Of a stretch of 56,252 nucleotides of DNA, positions 28,505 through 39,921 are shown piece after piece (within the stretch, counting starts at the first letter, position 1; every line of letters starts with the position of its first letter). Origin of the DNA: Puniceicoccales bacterium (lineage in GTDB: Bacteria; Verrucomicrobiota; Verrucomicrobiia; Opitutales; LL51); contig JAIRRZ010000009.1 of NCBI GenBank assembly GCA_031255715.1, positions 1 to 56,252 of the forward strand. Reading direction: 5' to 3'. Made by a program: the position numbers and the translations under genes. Below the pieces are notes generated by a model. That model was given only the letters and a program-made list of their open reading frames with translations. It was not told where the DNA came from and ran no database searches.

Positions 28505-28864
28505 TCAAAAGAACGGAACATTTTCGTAGTGAAAAATTTCAAAAATTTCTCCATCGTAGGCAATTTCGATAATATCAAAGCGGAAATATTTCAGATTATT
28601 TTGCCGAATATATTCCTGCAAAACCGGTTTTAGAGCTAATTTCTTCTTTTTTGTGACTGAAAAATAGCCAGAAACTAGCGCATTTTTCTGTCGCGTACGC
28701 ACTTCGGCGAATACGGTAACCTTACCATCCTGTGCAATAATATCAATTTCGCCATTTTTATGGCGCCAATTTTTATCAAGAATTTTATATTTTTTCTTTT
28801 TTCTCAGAAACTTTTCGGCCCATTTTTCGCCTTCATTTCCAGTTTCTTGTTTTTGTGTCAACAT
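28505..28864 (-). CDS. yraN: YraN-family (UPF0102) endonuclease-like protein
   Basis: GNEGEKWAEKFL..KYKILDKNWR.KNGEIDIIA..G..VFAEVRTR pattern and the typical ~120-aa length. Confidence 0.8.
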   Translation of the reverse strand: MLTQKQETGNEGEKWAEKFLRKKKKYKILDKNWRHKNGEIDIIAQDGKVTVFAEVRTRQKNALVSGYFSVTKKKKLALKPVLQEYIRQNNLKYFRFDIIEIAYDGEIFEIFHYENVPFF

Positions 28865-29269
28865 TATTTCGCAAAAGCAATTTTATTAAAAACCTTACGA
28901 TTTAAAATTAAAAAATATGATTATTTTAAAAATTCGAGCAACCATACTTGATTTTCATTCACCAAACAAAATATTGACACGAATATATGAAAAGATTGTC
29001 CATGTGCTACCTACTAACCCAGCTCCTATAATACCTTCAGTTTCTTCTCAGCCAAAAGGAAAATGCTCCATAGAACAAACATAACATACTTACTAAATAA
29101 AACGATGAAAATAAGGAAAATATACTTTTTAATCATAAATATTTGACATATATATTGTAAATATTGGCACCAATTTGTAACAAAAAATAAAAAAATATTT
29201 ATTTATTTTAATAAAAATTAACAAAAAAACTTGACATCAAAACAAACTTGGACAACACCATACTCACCT

Positions 29270-30704
29270 ATGAATAAAATGAAATACATATATTTTTTGT
29301 CGCTAGGGGTAATGGCTTTTGACTACGGCACTTACGGAACTGAGAAGACAATAACTCTCGACCAAGCCGCGAATCAACGACAGTCTGGGATAAACGTTGA
29401 CAGCTATAACTGGCATACTGAACAAAAAAAAGAGTATACAGCCGATGAGCAACAAAAACTAAATCAGTTGGAACAGGAAATTCTTAAGATGCAAGAAGAA
29501 ATGTCACAATTTTTTGATGAAAAAAAAAGCACAAGTTGTGCTGCCAGTATATTGCCCAAATGTATGTCAACCTTTTTGGCCGGAAATTAGAGGGGGAAGA
29601 ATTAAAAAAAGAAGTCACGAAGATCGAACAAATACTTATCAATGGAAAAAATAAACAAGTCGATACGTAAACGTTTACTACCGATAATGACAATAGTCTT
29701 TACGGAACGAAAGATTTTTTCAATCAAGTTTATGATCCACTTAGACAGTTGGTTGCCAATGCCGTTAATAAATCAGATAAGGCAGATCTGCAAGATTTTT
29801 ACGAACGAATTGTGATGTTTTGTGCGACGGCACGGGGAGTTATCGCTCAGGTAGCAGACTCGGAAGATATGGATTACTTTGGACTACCAGTAAAGAACTG
29901 TAACACTTGTCTTGTCGAGAGTTTTAGTAATACATTCAATCCAGCACAGATCTATTTTGCTCATTTGGTAGCGTCTGAAAATGATCACACCAATCCCGAG
30001 AATGGAAAAACATTCCAACCGAAGGAACATGAAACTTCACTTGGAAGCAAAATAACTGAATACGGGCATATTTTTCATTCTAAAAAAAATATGATGCTCG
30101 TTGGTGGCGATCTTTTTAGGGAATGCATAGAAACGGCAAAGTATTTAAAAGAAAACCCAAACAATCAACAAGCCCGTACGAATTTCACACAAGCACTAAA
30201 GAAATTTATATATGTTTGGAGTCACTCTTCTACCTTCAAGAGAGGCCAAGCCGCTGTATTGGAAATACTTATAGACGGTTTAGCAAAATTTACAGGCTCC
30301 CAGGTCAAGCGACCGGAAGTCCAAGAAAAAGAAAAAACAGTACTCACTCAATTAAACGAAACATTTCCCGATGCGGGGAATATAATAAGCAAAACGGAAA
30401 CAAGTTATAATGTTCTAACATATCCCTACTTCACTAACGGAACACGGTCGAAAGAGACCGCGTGCTTTTGGAAAGAAAAAAGAATCCAGAATGGATTAAA
30501 GCTTTCTATCATCACTACGATGTATTTGCATTGTGCATGCCTAGCTTTGCAGTGTTCAATAAGCAATACAAGCTCGAATTTATTCCGATTAAAAGGCAAC
30601 TGCCCATGTCTAGATTTAAAAAATCTAGCTTTAAAAAAGTCAGCGATATCGGTGTAAATTTATTTCGATTGAAAGGCAACAAAATACCCGTTAAAAGTAA
30701 TTAA
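29270..30704 (+). pseudogene. Disrupted gene for a secreted protein (frameshift at A9 tract, in-frame TAA, second frameshift near the 3' end)
   Basis: Signal-like MNKMKYIYFLSLGVMA. Frame 1 stops at 29588. The frame entered by adding one A to the A9 run (29520-29528) reads on protein-like (..EELKKEVTKIEQILINGK..) to TAA 29668-29670, and continues in the same frame into the 302-aa ORF. The two 3' ORFs overlap, and a 24-nt direct repeat is read as NLFRLKGN in both frames. Confidence 0.6.
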
Positions 30705-30772
30705 GGAACATATCTTTTGGAGGAAAAATACTCGATTTTTGCTTGCCTGGCAACACATTTATGCCATCATAG

Positions 30773-33271
<2,499 letters not shown>

Positions 33272-33683
33272 TCAATAGAATCAAGGGTGCATCGGGATTT
33301 TTTACGCGACGCTTACCCCACCCCTACGCCACTCAGCCTTGCCATCTTTTTTGCTGCTGTCAAGTCAACTTTTTTTACGCAACAGAAAATAACCGACGCA
33401 TAATTTGGCACTAAAAAATTAAGCTTGACAAACCGATTTCTCGCACATAGGGTTCACTGGAAATAAAAAATTATGGATACAAATATATATAACAATGACA
33501 CTGATACCTGAGTTGTGGAAATTTTTTCTAATGACATTGTCTCTTGTGTTGCGACGTACGACATTGCCAAGCGGTTTGAAACTTTAACAAAGGCTGAACG
33601 TAAAACAATAGAGAACATTTTCATGCCCAGGCACAATAACAATCACCCTCAATGATGGGCGTGTACTCACATTCAAAGGAGAG

Positions 33684-34067
33684 ATGACTTATGATAAAAA
33701 ATCTTTTAAAAATATTTTTACAGTCAATGCTATCGATGCAGCTGAGCCATCGTCAGCGTATGCGAATGGGGAATGGATCAGAGAGCAATTAATAGCCAAC
33801 GATAAAGTCGGACCGAATTTTGTAGGAAAAGTTAATCAGATGTTGAATGAGATTGAAAGAAGTCCATTTAATGCGGAAACATCAGGCCAAAAGCTTAAAA
33901 AGCTTGCAATTTTTCCATCAATTGACAATGATAGATTCTTCTATAGAACCATTTATGAAGTATATAAACGTCCCGTAAAACACAAGACAATACGGTTTCA
34001 TTGTTTGGCCACATACTTAAATTTATATTACCATTTACCTTTTATCGTCCATATCTGTGAACGATAA
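33684..34067 (+). CDS. Hypothetical protein, possibly the 3' remnant of a degraded gene
   Basis: 127-aa ORF. Its frame is open without a start from 33612, and protein-like reading continues upstream in another frame (33473-33655) interrupted by TGA 33509-33511. Confidence 0.3.
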   Translation: MTYDKKSFKNIFTVNAIDAAEPSSAYANGEWIREQLIANDKVGPNFVGKVNQMLNEIERSPFNAETSGQKLKKLAIFPSIDNDRFFYRTIYEVYKRPVKHKTIRFHCLATYLNLYYHLPFIVHICER

Positions 34068-34144
34068 TTTTTATTTTATTTTTATTGTTTTTGAAAAATT
34101 TGTAGTTATAATGACAAAAATTTTTAAAGGCGAAAAGAAGTATT

Positions 34145-35878
34145 ATGTCTACAAATTTATTGGCTATTATTGCGGTATTGCCTATTTTAACGGTACTGAT
34201 ACTGATGGTCATTCTGCGTTGGGGAGCCGCAAAGGCGATGACCGTTGCCTGGTCAATCTGTGTACTTATTGCCCTATTCGTTTGGCGCCTCCCTTTACTT
34301 TACGTTACAGCACTTAGTCTGCAAGGAGTCATTAGCGCAATCAGTGTCCTTATCATTGTCTTCGGCGCCCTGCTCATTCTCCATACCCTCCAATATTCTG
34401 GTGCTATGGAAACAATCCAACATGGCATGCAAAGTATTAGCAAGGACATGCGCATCCAGGCTATTATCATCGGCTACATGTTCAGTGCTTTTATCGAAGG
34501 AGCAGCCGGATTTGGAACTCCATCGGCATTGGCAGCTCCCCTACTCCTCGCCCTCGGATTTCCTCCCATGGCAGCAGCTATTCTTTGCCTCACACTCAAT
34601 TCCTTTCCCGTTACATTTGGCGCCGTTGGCACCCCCATTATTACGGGCTTTGGCGCCTCACTTCAGACTCTAATTGAGCGAGCAGTTGAACAAGGATTTT
34701 TTCAATCCAATGAACATTTCTTCAAAGTAATTGGGCAAATCGCAACCTTCATGCATATTCCTATGATTTTTATCCTCCCTATTTTTACCCTAGGATTTAT
34801 TACCCGGTTCTTTGGACCTAATCGTTCCTGGAAAGAAGGTTTCGCCGCTTGGAAATTTTGTACATTTGCTGCCGTGGCTTTCTCCGCTCCATTCCTCCTC
34901 GTCGCATGGCTCGTTGGCCCTGAAATTCCATCCATAGTCGGAGGTTTAGTCGGGCTGTTGATTATTATGTTTGGAACCCGATACGGTTTTTGTGTCCCAA
35001 AAGAAGTATGGACTTTCGGCGAAGTTTCCAAATGGGAAAAAAGTTGGTCCGGAACGATCACTTTCGATGGCAATGGAGAATTAAAGCCGAAAATGAGCCA
35101 GTTTATGGCTTGGCTGCCCTATATTTTTATCGGCGTCATTCTGGTACTCACCCGTATCGATATTTTGCCTTTGAAGGAATTATTCAATCGATACGGCACC
35201 ATCACTTTTAGTGATATTTTGGGTTACAAAGGTATCAATGAAAATAGTATCAAATTACTCTATCTGCCGGGAACAGTACCCTTTATGCTCATCGCCATTT
35301 TAACCATTTTTCTACATCGCATGCCACTGAAAAAAGTCGCAAAAGCGTGGATCGAAACTTTTTCGAAGATGAAAACGGCGACGATTTCCCTCTGCACATC
35401 GGTAGCTCTGGTCAAGATATTTCAGGGTTCTGGAAATTTCACTCATCCGGATCTGATCACCCAATTGACAGCGGAGGGAGTCGATGCTAATATCCTATCC
35501 ATGCCGCGGGTCATGGCCGAAGCAACCGCCAATGTCATGGGCCCGGTTTGGCCTCTATTTGCGTCCTATGTGGGCGGCCTTGGAGCCTTTATCACCGGCT
35601 CTAATACCGTTTCCAATATCCTGTTCGCCCAATTTCAATGGGATGTGGCAGAGTTACAGAAACTTTCGCGGGTTGTTATCCTTGCTGCTCAAGGCACAGG
35701 TGGCGCCATGGGAAATATGATTTGCGTTCACAATATCGTAGCCGCATGCGCCGTTCTGGGACTATCGAACCGAGAAGGAGATATTCTTAAAAAAACTTTT
35801 TGGCCATTTTTACTCTACGGCATCTCCGTCGGTATCGTGGCCTACATCCTCACCACCATTGGCTACTCCACATTTTAA
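34145..35878 (+). CDS. lctP: L-lactate permease (LctP family)
   Basis: 577 aa with about 12-14 hydrophobic segments. LctP-type N-terminus LLAIIAVLPILTVLILMVILRWGA.KAM and blocks FIEGAAGFGTP.A, GGLGAFITGSNTVSN.LF, GGAMGNMI. Confidence 0.88.
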   Translation: MSTNLLAIIAVLPILTVLILMVILRWGAAKAMTVAWSICVLIALFVWRLPLLYVTALSLQGVISAISVLIIVFGALLILHTLQYSGAMETIQHGMQSISKDMRIQAIIIGYMFSAFIEGAAGFGTPSALAAPLLLALGFPPMAAAILCLTLNSFPVTFGAVGTPIITGFGASLQTLIERAVEQGFFQSNEHFFKVIGQIATFMHIPMIFILPIFTLGFITRFFGPNRSWKEGFAAWKFCTFAAVAFSAPFLLVAWLVGPEIPSIVGGLVGLLIIMFGTRYGFCVPKEVWTFGEVSKWEKSWSGTITFDGNGELKPKMSQFMAWLPYIFIGVILVLTRIDILPLKELFNRYGTITFSDILGYKGINENSIKLLYLPGTVPFMLIAILTIFLHRMPLKKVAKAWIETFSKMKTATISLCTSVALVKIFQGSGNFTHPDLITQLTAEGVDANILSMPRVMAEATANVMGPVWPLFASYVGGLGAFITGSNTVSNILFAQFQWDVAELQKLSRVVILAAQGTGGAMGNMICVHNIVAACAVLGLSNREGDILKKTFWPFLLYGISVGIVAYILTTIGYSTF

Positions 35879-36117
35879 AATGAACAAACAGTTCATGGGG
35901 AAAAACATTAACAAGAAATCAAAAAATTTTCCATATTTTCTCCAATTTTCTCCAAAAATCCAAACGGACTTCGTCCCCTTCCCTATACCTTCCACTCTCG
36001 TCATTTTTAGTCATGTTGTCAAGTATTTCCAGTGCATTGATTTTTTCTGTGCAACAGACCAACGTTTTTTTCTCCATCGCACCGCTCACTCCTCACGTAT
36101 TCAAATTATCCTTTAAA

Positions 36118-37326
36118 CTATTTGTAGGAAAAAAGTGTGATTACATTTTCAATATGTCGTGTCTGCGGGAACAAATCGAAGGGTTGGACGCGATGAATTA
36201 CATAGCTATGTTGGAGTAAAAATTGCATATCACGGGCCTGCGTATCTGGACTGCAGGAGATATATATAATTTTTTTTGGCGAAAAACACGTCAACTGCCG
36301 TAGGAATAATTCGCTGCAACCCTTACGCGGTGGATCAAGTATAACCGCTGTTTTTCTAGCTTCAGGTAAGATTCCGGCGAAAATATTTTCAGAGGAACCG
36401 GCAATAAACTGAATGTTATTCACGGAATTATTCACTGCATTTTGCCGAGCAAGCTGAATGGCGCGTTCATTGATTTCGATTCCTGTAATTGCTTCAAATT
36501 TTTGACTACCACAAATTCCAAAAACACCAACGCCGCAATACATATCAAGTAAAAATTCGACACCTTCGCCGGATGATTCACGGATAATATAATCCACAAA
36601 ACGGGGTAAAATATATGGATTATTTTGAAAAAATTCCCCTGCATAAACCTGGAATACCCAATGCCCGATACGCTGGGTAATCATTTTCGATGGATTTGTT
36701 TCGACCCCGTCTTCCGTATCACGAAGCAATAAAGTTCCTCCAAATTTAAAAGTTTTTCGATGAATTTCTTGGCGCAAAATTTTGAATTTTTCATTGATCC
36801 CATCCATTCCGATGCAGCAATGCTCCACATCCACGATGGCGAAACGGCTATTTATTTTAAGGAATCCGATATTTTTAGCTCCCTTTTCGAAATGGGGCGT
36901 TAGTTTCGAGCGATAGTAATAAATTTGTTCCGTACCAATGGTCGGTGCAACTTCGACATTAATATTGGCTAATTTTTGTAATAATTCCTTGACCTGTTGC
37001 TGTTTAAGTCTGAGCTGCATCCCATAGCTTAGATGCTGATATTGGCAACCGCCACAAATTCCGAACAACGGACACTTTGGTATAACGCGTTCGGAAGAGG
37101 GCTCTAAAATTTCGACAAGATCCGCCTGGGAATAATTGTTATAATTGCGATAAATACGACAGAGAATGCGCTCACCGATGGCCACATTGGGAACCATAAT
37201 AACCCAACCGTTATGGCGACCAACGCCAAGTCCGAGATTGGTGATATTTTCAATTTGCAATTCAAGTTCCGTGTGATACTCGAAAGGAAATGGATTAAAT
37301 TTTCGCGGCACAACATACATTTTCAA
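36118..37326 (-). CDS. 23S rRNA (uracil-C5)-methyltransferase, RlmD/RumA (TrmA) family
   Basis: TRAM-like N-terminus, Fe-S Cys cluster CPLFGICGGCQYQH, FFQNN, SAM motif LLDMYCGVGVFG, DPPRKG, catalytic ISCSP. Confidence 0.85.
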   Translation of the reverse strand: MKMYVVPRKFNPFPFEYHTELELQIENITNLGLGVGRHNGWVIMVPNVAIGERILCRIYRNYNNYSQADLVEILEPSSERVIPKCPLFGICGGCQYQHLSYGMQLRLKQQQVKELLQKLANINVEVAPTIGTEQIYYYRSKLTPHFEKGAKNIGFLKINSRFAIVDVEHCCIGMDGINEKFKILRQEIHRKTFKFGGTLLLRDTEDGVETNPSKMITQRIGHWVFQVYAGEFFQNNPYILPRFVDYIIRESSGEGVEFLLDMYCGVGVFGICGSQKFEAITGIEINERAIQLARQNAVNNSVNNIQFIAGSSENIFAGILPEARKTAVILDPPRKGCSELFLRQLTCFSPKKIIYISCSPDTQARDMQFLLQHSYVIHRVQPFDLFPQTRHIENVITLFSYK

Positions 37327-37569
37327 AATGCAAGCAAAGGAAATTTTTTAATAAAGTGAAAAATGAGCATAGGATCCAGCCTTCAAAAAAAAATTGTATC
37401 GAAATACTGCACATATTGCCTAATCCTACTCGCAACAAAAATAAATTTTTATCCATCACCGATCATTTTTTTTGTAATTTTTCAATAAAAAATATTTACT
37501 CGGCAGCCCAAACACATAACATTCAATGAATGTATGGGGCAAATCTAATAGGGATAAATTTTCAAAACT

Positions 37570-37923
37570 TCAGCACGGTGGCCAAATCATTGGCTTACCA
37601 GCTAAAAGATGGATATGTAAATGGGGAACGCTTTCTCCAGCATCGGGACCATTATTAATTACCACACGAAACCCTTTCGATAAGCCTTGAGTTTGCGCAA
37701 ATTTTTGCGCCATCAAAAGTAAATGCCCCAGAATTGGCACATCACTTTCCTGGGCCTCCGCAAGCCGAGGAATATTTTTTTTCGGAATAATCAGAACATG
37801 TATTGGCGCTCCAGGATTAATATCACGAATTACGATGCATTGCTCATCTTCCATGAGGATTTCGGCTGGAATTTCATGGTCAATAATTTTTTGAAAAATA
37901 TCTCTTCCACCATTTGAATTCAT
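37570..37923 (-). CDS. HIT-family nucleotide hydrolase (HinT-like)
   Basis: IFQKIIDHEIPAEIL.., DINPGAPIHVLIIPK, histidine triad VPHLHIHLL. Start at the internal ATG 37923, because the upstream 55 codons are not HIT-like. Confidence 0.88.
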   Translation of the reverse strand: MNSNGGRDIFQKIIDHEIPAEILMEDEQCIVIRDINPGAPIHVLIIPKKNIPRLAEAQESDVPILGHLLLMAQKFAQTQGLSKGFRVVINNGPDAGESVPHLHIHLLAGKPMIWPPC

Positions 37924-38920
37924 GGAAACAGAAAATAGAATTCTAAAGTTTTTTTCCAATACAAATTTTTCTTTTCTTTTTTGTTTCAGTTCTATGCTGG
38001 AAGATGTGTTGAGAAATGTATCAATAATTCTCCGTAGCATTTTGCTACCCGATGTGTTGTTGTCGATGGGCATGCTCCATGGATCCACGGCGCAGAATAT
38101 AGTTTATAAAAATAAAATTGCTGCCCATGTGGAAAATCGCGCAATCACAACGTGGCAGATCAATCAAGAGGCTACTCGCTCGAAGATTAGTCATCGGGAA
38201 GCTTTGGAGGTGTTATCTGAAAAAATTTTTATCGTCTGCGAATTTGTCCGCATTCGCGGACAACTACCGGAAAACTATGCGCAAAAAGAGTGCGACAAAA
38301 TACGAAAAACCCGTTTTGATAACGACTATTTGAAGTTTAGCGATGCTTTAAAGAAAAACGGAAAGACGAAACAAAGTTTTGAAAATGAACTTCGCGAAAA
38401 GGCTATCGTAGGATTTATGTATGATTGCAATGTGACCAGGCCTAGCACAGTAAGTCCTTTGGATACTCAAAATTATTACAATGCCCATAAATCCGAGATG
38501 AAGCAGGGGCGACAGATAAGTTTTGATCAAATTGCAATTTCAAAAGAGAATCAAAAATCGATCGAAGACGTTAAAAAATGCATAAAAAGCGGAAACAATT
38601 ATGAGGAAATTTTTGAACGTTTATCGAAAATTCCCAATGCTAATATAAATCGAAACGATGACCTTCTCTGCGCAGATATTTTGCCAACGGTAGTGCAAAA
38701 AGTAGAGACAATGGCATTAAATTCTTTCAGTGACGAAGGGATAGAGCTCGGTAACCATATTATGTTTTTTGGCCTAAGAAAAATTAAAGAAGAGCGTCTT
38801 CTAACGTTAACCGAAGCCAGTGCTAACATTGAACGTATTTTATTGAACAAGCGCTATCAACAACTGCGTCAGGATTGGCTTGATAGTTTACGGAAAAAGG
38901 CCCATTATATCGTAATATAG
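37922..38920 (+). CDS. SurA/PrsA-like chaperone with degenerate parvulin (PpiC-type) domain
   Basis: SurA-N-like helical region, then ISFDQIAIS..IEDVKKCIKSGNNYEEIFERLS..G.HIMFFGL, which resembles a parvulin fold pattern. The true start may be downstream (e.g. ATG 37994). Confidence 0.5.
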   Translation: METENRILKFFSNTNFSFLFCFSSMLEDVLRNVSIILRSILLPDVLLSMGMLHGSTAQNIVYKNKIAAHVENRAITTWQINQEATRSKISHREALEVLSEKIFIVCEFVRIRGQLPENYAQKECDKIRKTRFDNDYLKFSDALKKNGKTKQSFENELREKAIVGFMYDCNVTRPSTVSPLDTQNYYNAHKSEMKQGRQISFDQIAISKENQKSIEDVKKCIKSGNNYEEIFERLSKIPNANINRNDDLLCADILPTVVQKVETMALNSFSDEGIELGNHIMFFGLRKIKEERLLTLTEASANIERILLNKRYQQLRQDWLDSLRKKAHYIVI

Positions 38921-38922
38921 TT

Positions 38923-39837
38923 GTGTTTATTTTTTTTATAAAAAGAATTTTTTTAATGTTTCCGGTTTTTCTGGCGGTAACATTTTTGACATTTTTGCTT
39001 ATTCATTTTGTTCCGGGTGGACCATTCGATACGGAAAAGGAGATGCCCATTGAAATTCGCCAGCAATTAAATGAAAAATATGGCCTTGATGAATCGGTTT
39101 GGGTTCAATATAGCCGTTATATCAGCAACGTTTTTATGGGAGATTTCGGTCCGTCATACAAGTATGTGGGGTGGAATGTTGCGGAATTGATTGGATCGAA
39201 GGCGCGTATCAGTTTCGAATTGGGAGTATATGGCATGCTATTTGCGTTATTTCTAGGAATTTTGGTTGGCGTTTCTTGCGTCCGTTTTCCTGGGACCATT
39301 GATCGAGCACTGAGTTTTTTGGTAACGTTAGGTGTTTGTTTTCCGGCTTTTGTTGTCGGCCCTTTACTGATGTATATCTTGGGCGTACGATTGCGATGGG
39401 TTCACGTTGCCGGCTGGGATCACTGGAGCGATAAAATTCTTCCCACTCTGACGATTGGAATCTTGTACGCATCCTATATTGCTCGTCTAATGAAAAGTGC
39501 ACTGGGCAAGGTTTTGGATCAACCTTACATTATGGCCGCACAGGCACGTGGATTAAGTGAATGGAGAATTTTTTTTGTACACGCCCTGCGCAATGCTTTA
39601 CTACCCATTGTGGCATATATGGGACCGACGTTTGCGGGAATCATTAGTGGAGCAATTGTAACGGAAACTGTTTTTCAAATTCCAGGTTTAGGTCGTCTTT
39701 TTATTCAAGCGATTAGTAATCGTGACCACATGCTCATTCTGGGAATTGTAAATTTTTATGCCCTGGCAATTATGGTTTGCAATACGATTACTGATTGTGT
39801 TCAAGCCTGGCTAAACCCTAAAATTCGTTTGCAATGA
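38923..39837 (+). CDS. ABC transporter permease, OppB/DppB family
   Basis: GTG start. FIKRIFLMFPVFLAVTFLTFLLIHFVPGGPF N-terminus, with EAA-loop region YIMAAQARGLSEWRIFFVHALRNALLPIV. Confidence 0.8.
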   Translation: MFIFFIKRIFLMFPVFLAVTFLTFLLIHFVPGGPFDTEKEMPIEIRQQLNEKYGLDESVWVQYSRYISNVFMGDFGPSYKYVGWNVAELIGSKARISFELGVYGMLFALFLGILVGVSCVRFPGTIDRALSFLVTLGVCFPAFVVGPLLMYILGVRLRWVHVAGWDHWSDKILPTLTIGILYASYIARLMKSALGKVLDQPYIMAAQARGLSEWRIFFVHALRNALLPIVAYMGPTFAGIISGAIVTETVFQIPGLGRLFIQAISNRDHMLILGIVNFYALAIMVCNTITDCVQAWLNPKIRLQ

Positions 39838-39921
39838 TTGTCGATAGTTTTGTAAAAGCTGCCGTTTTTTTAGCTTGCGGAAATCGTGAGAATTCATATT
39901 ACCCCTATAGGCTTTAGGAAT

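Noticed and set aside
37921-37924. Overlapping divergent start codons (cATG) of the HIT gene and the SurA-like ORF as a regulatory curiosity
   Set aside because: The plus-strand ORF most likely starts further downstream (e.g. 37994), so the overlap is probably an artefact of taking the longest ORF.
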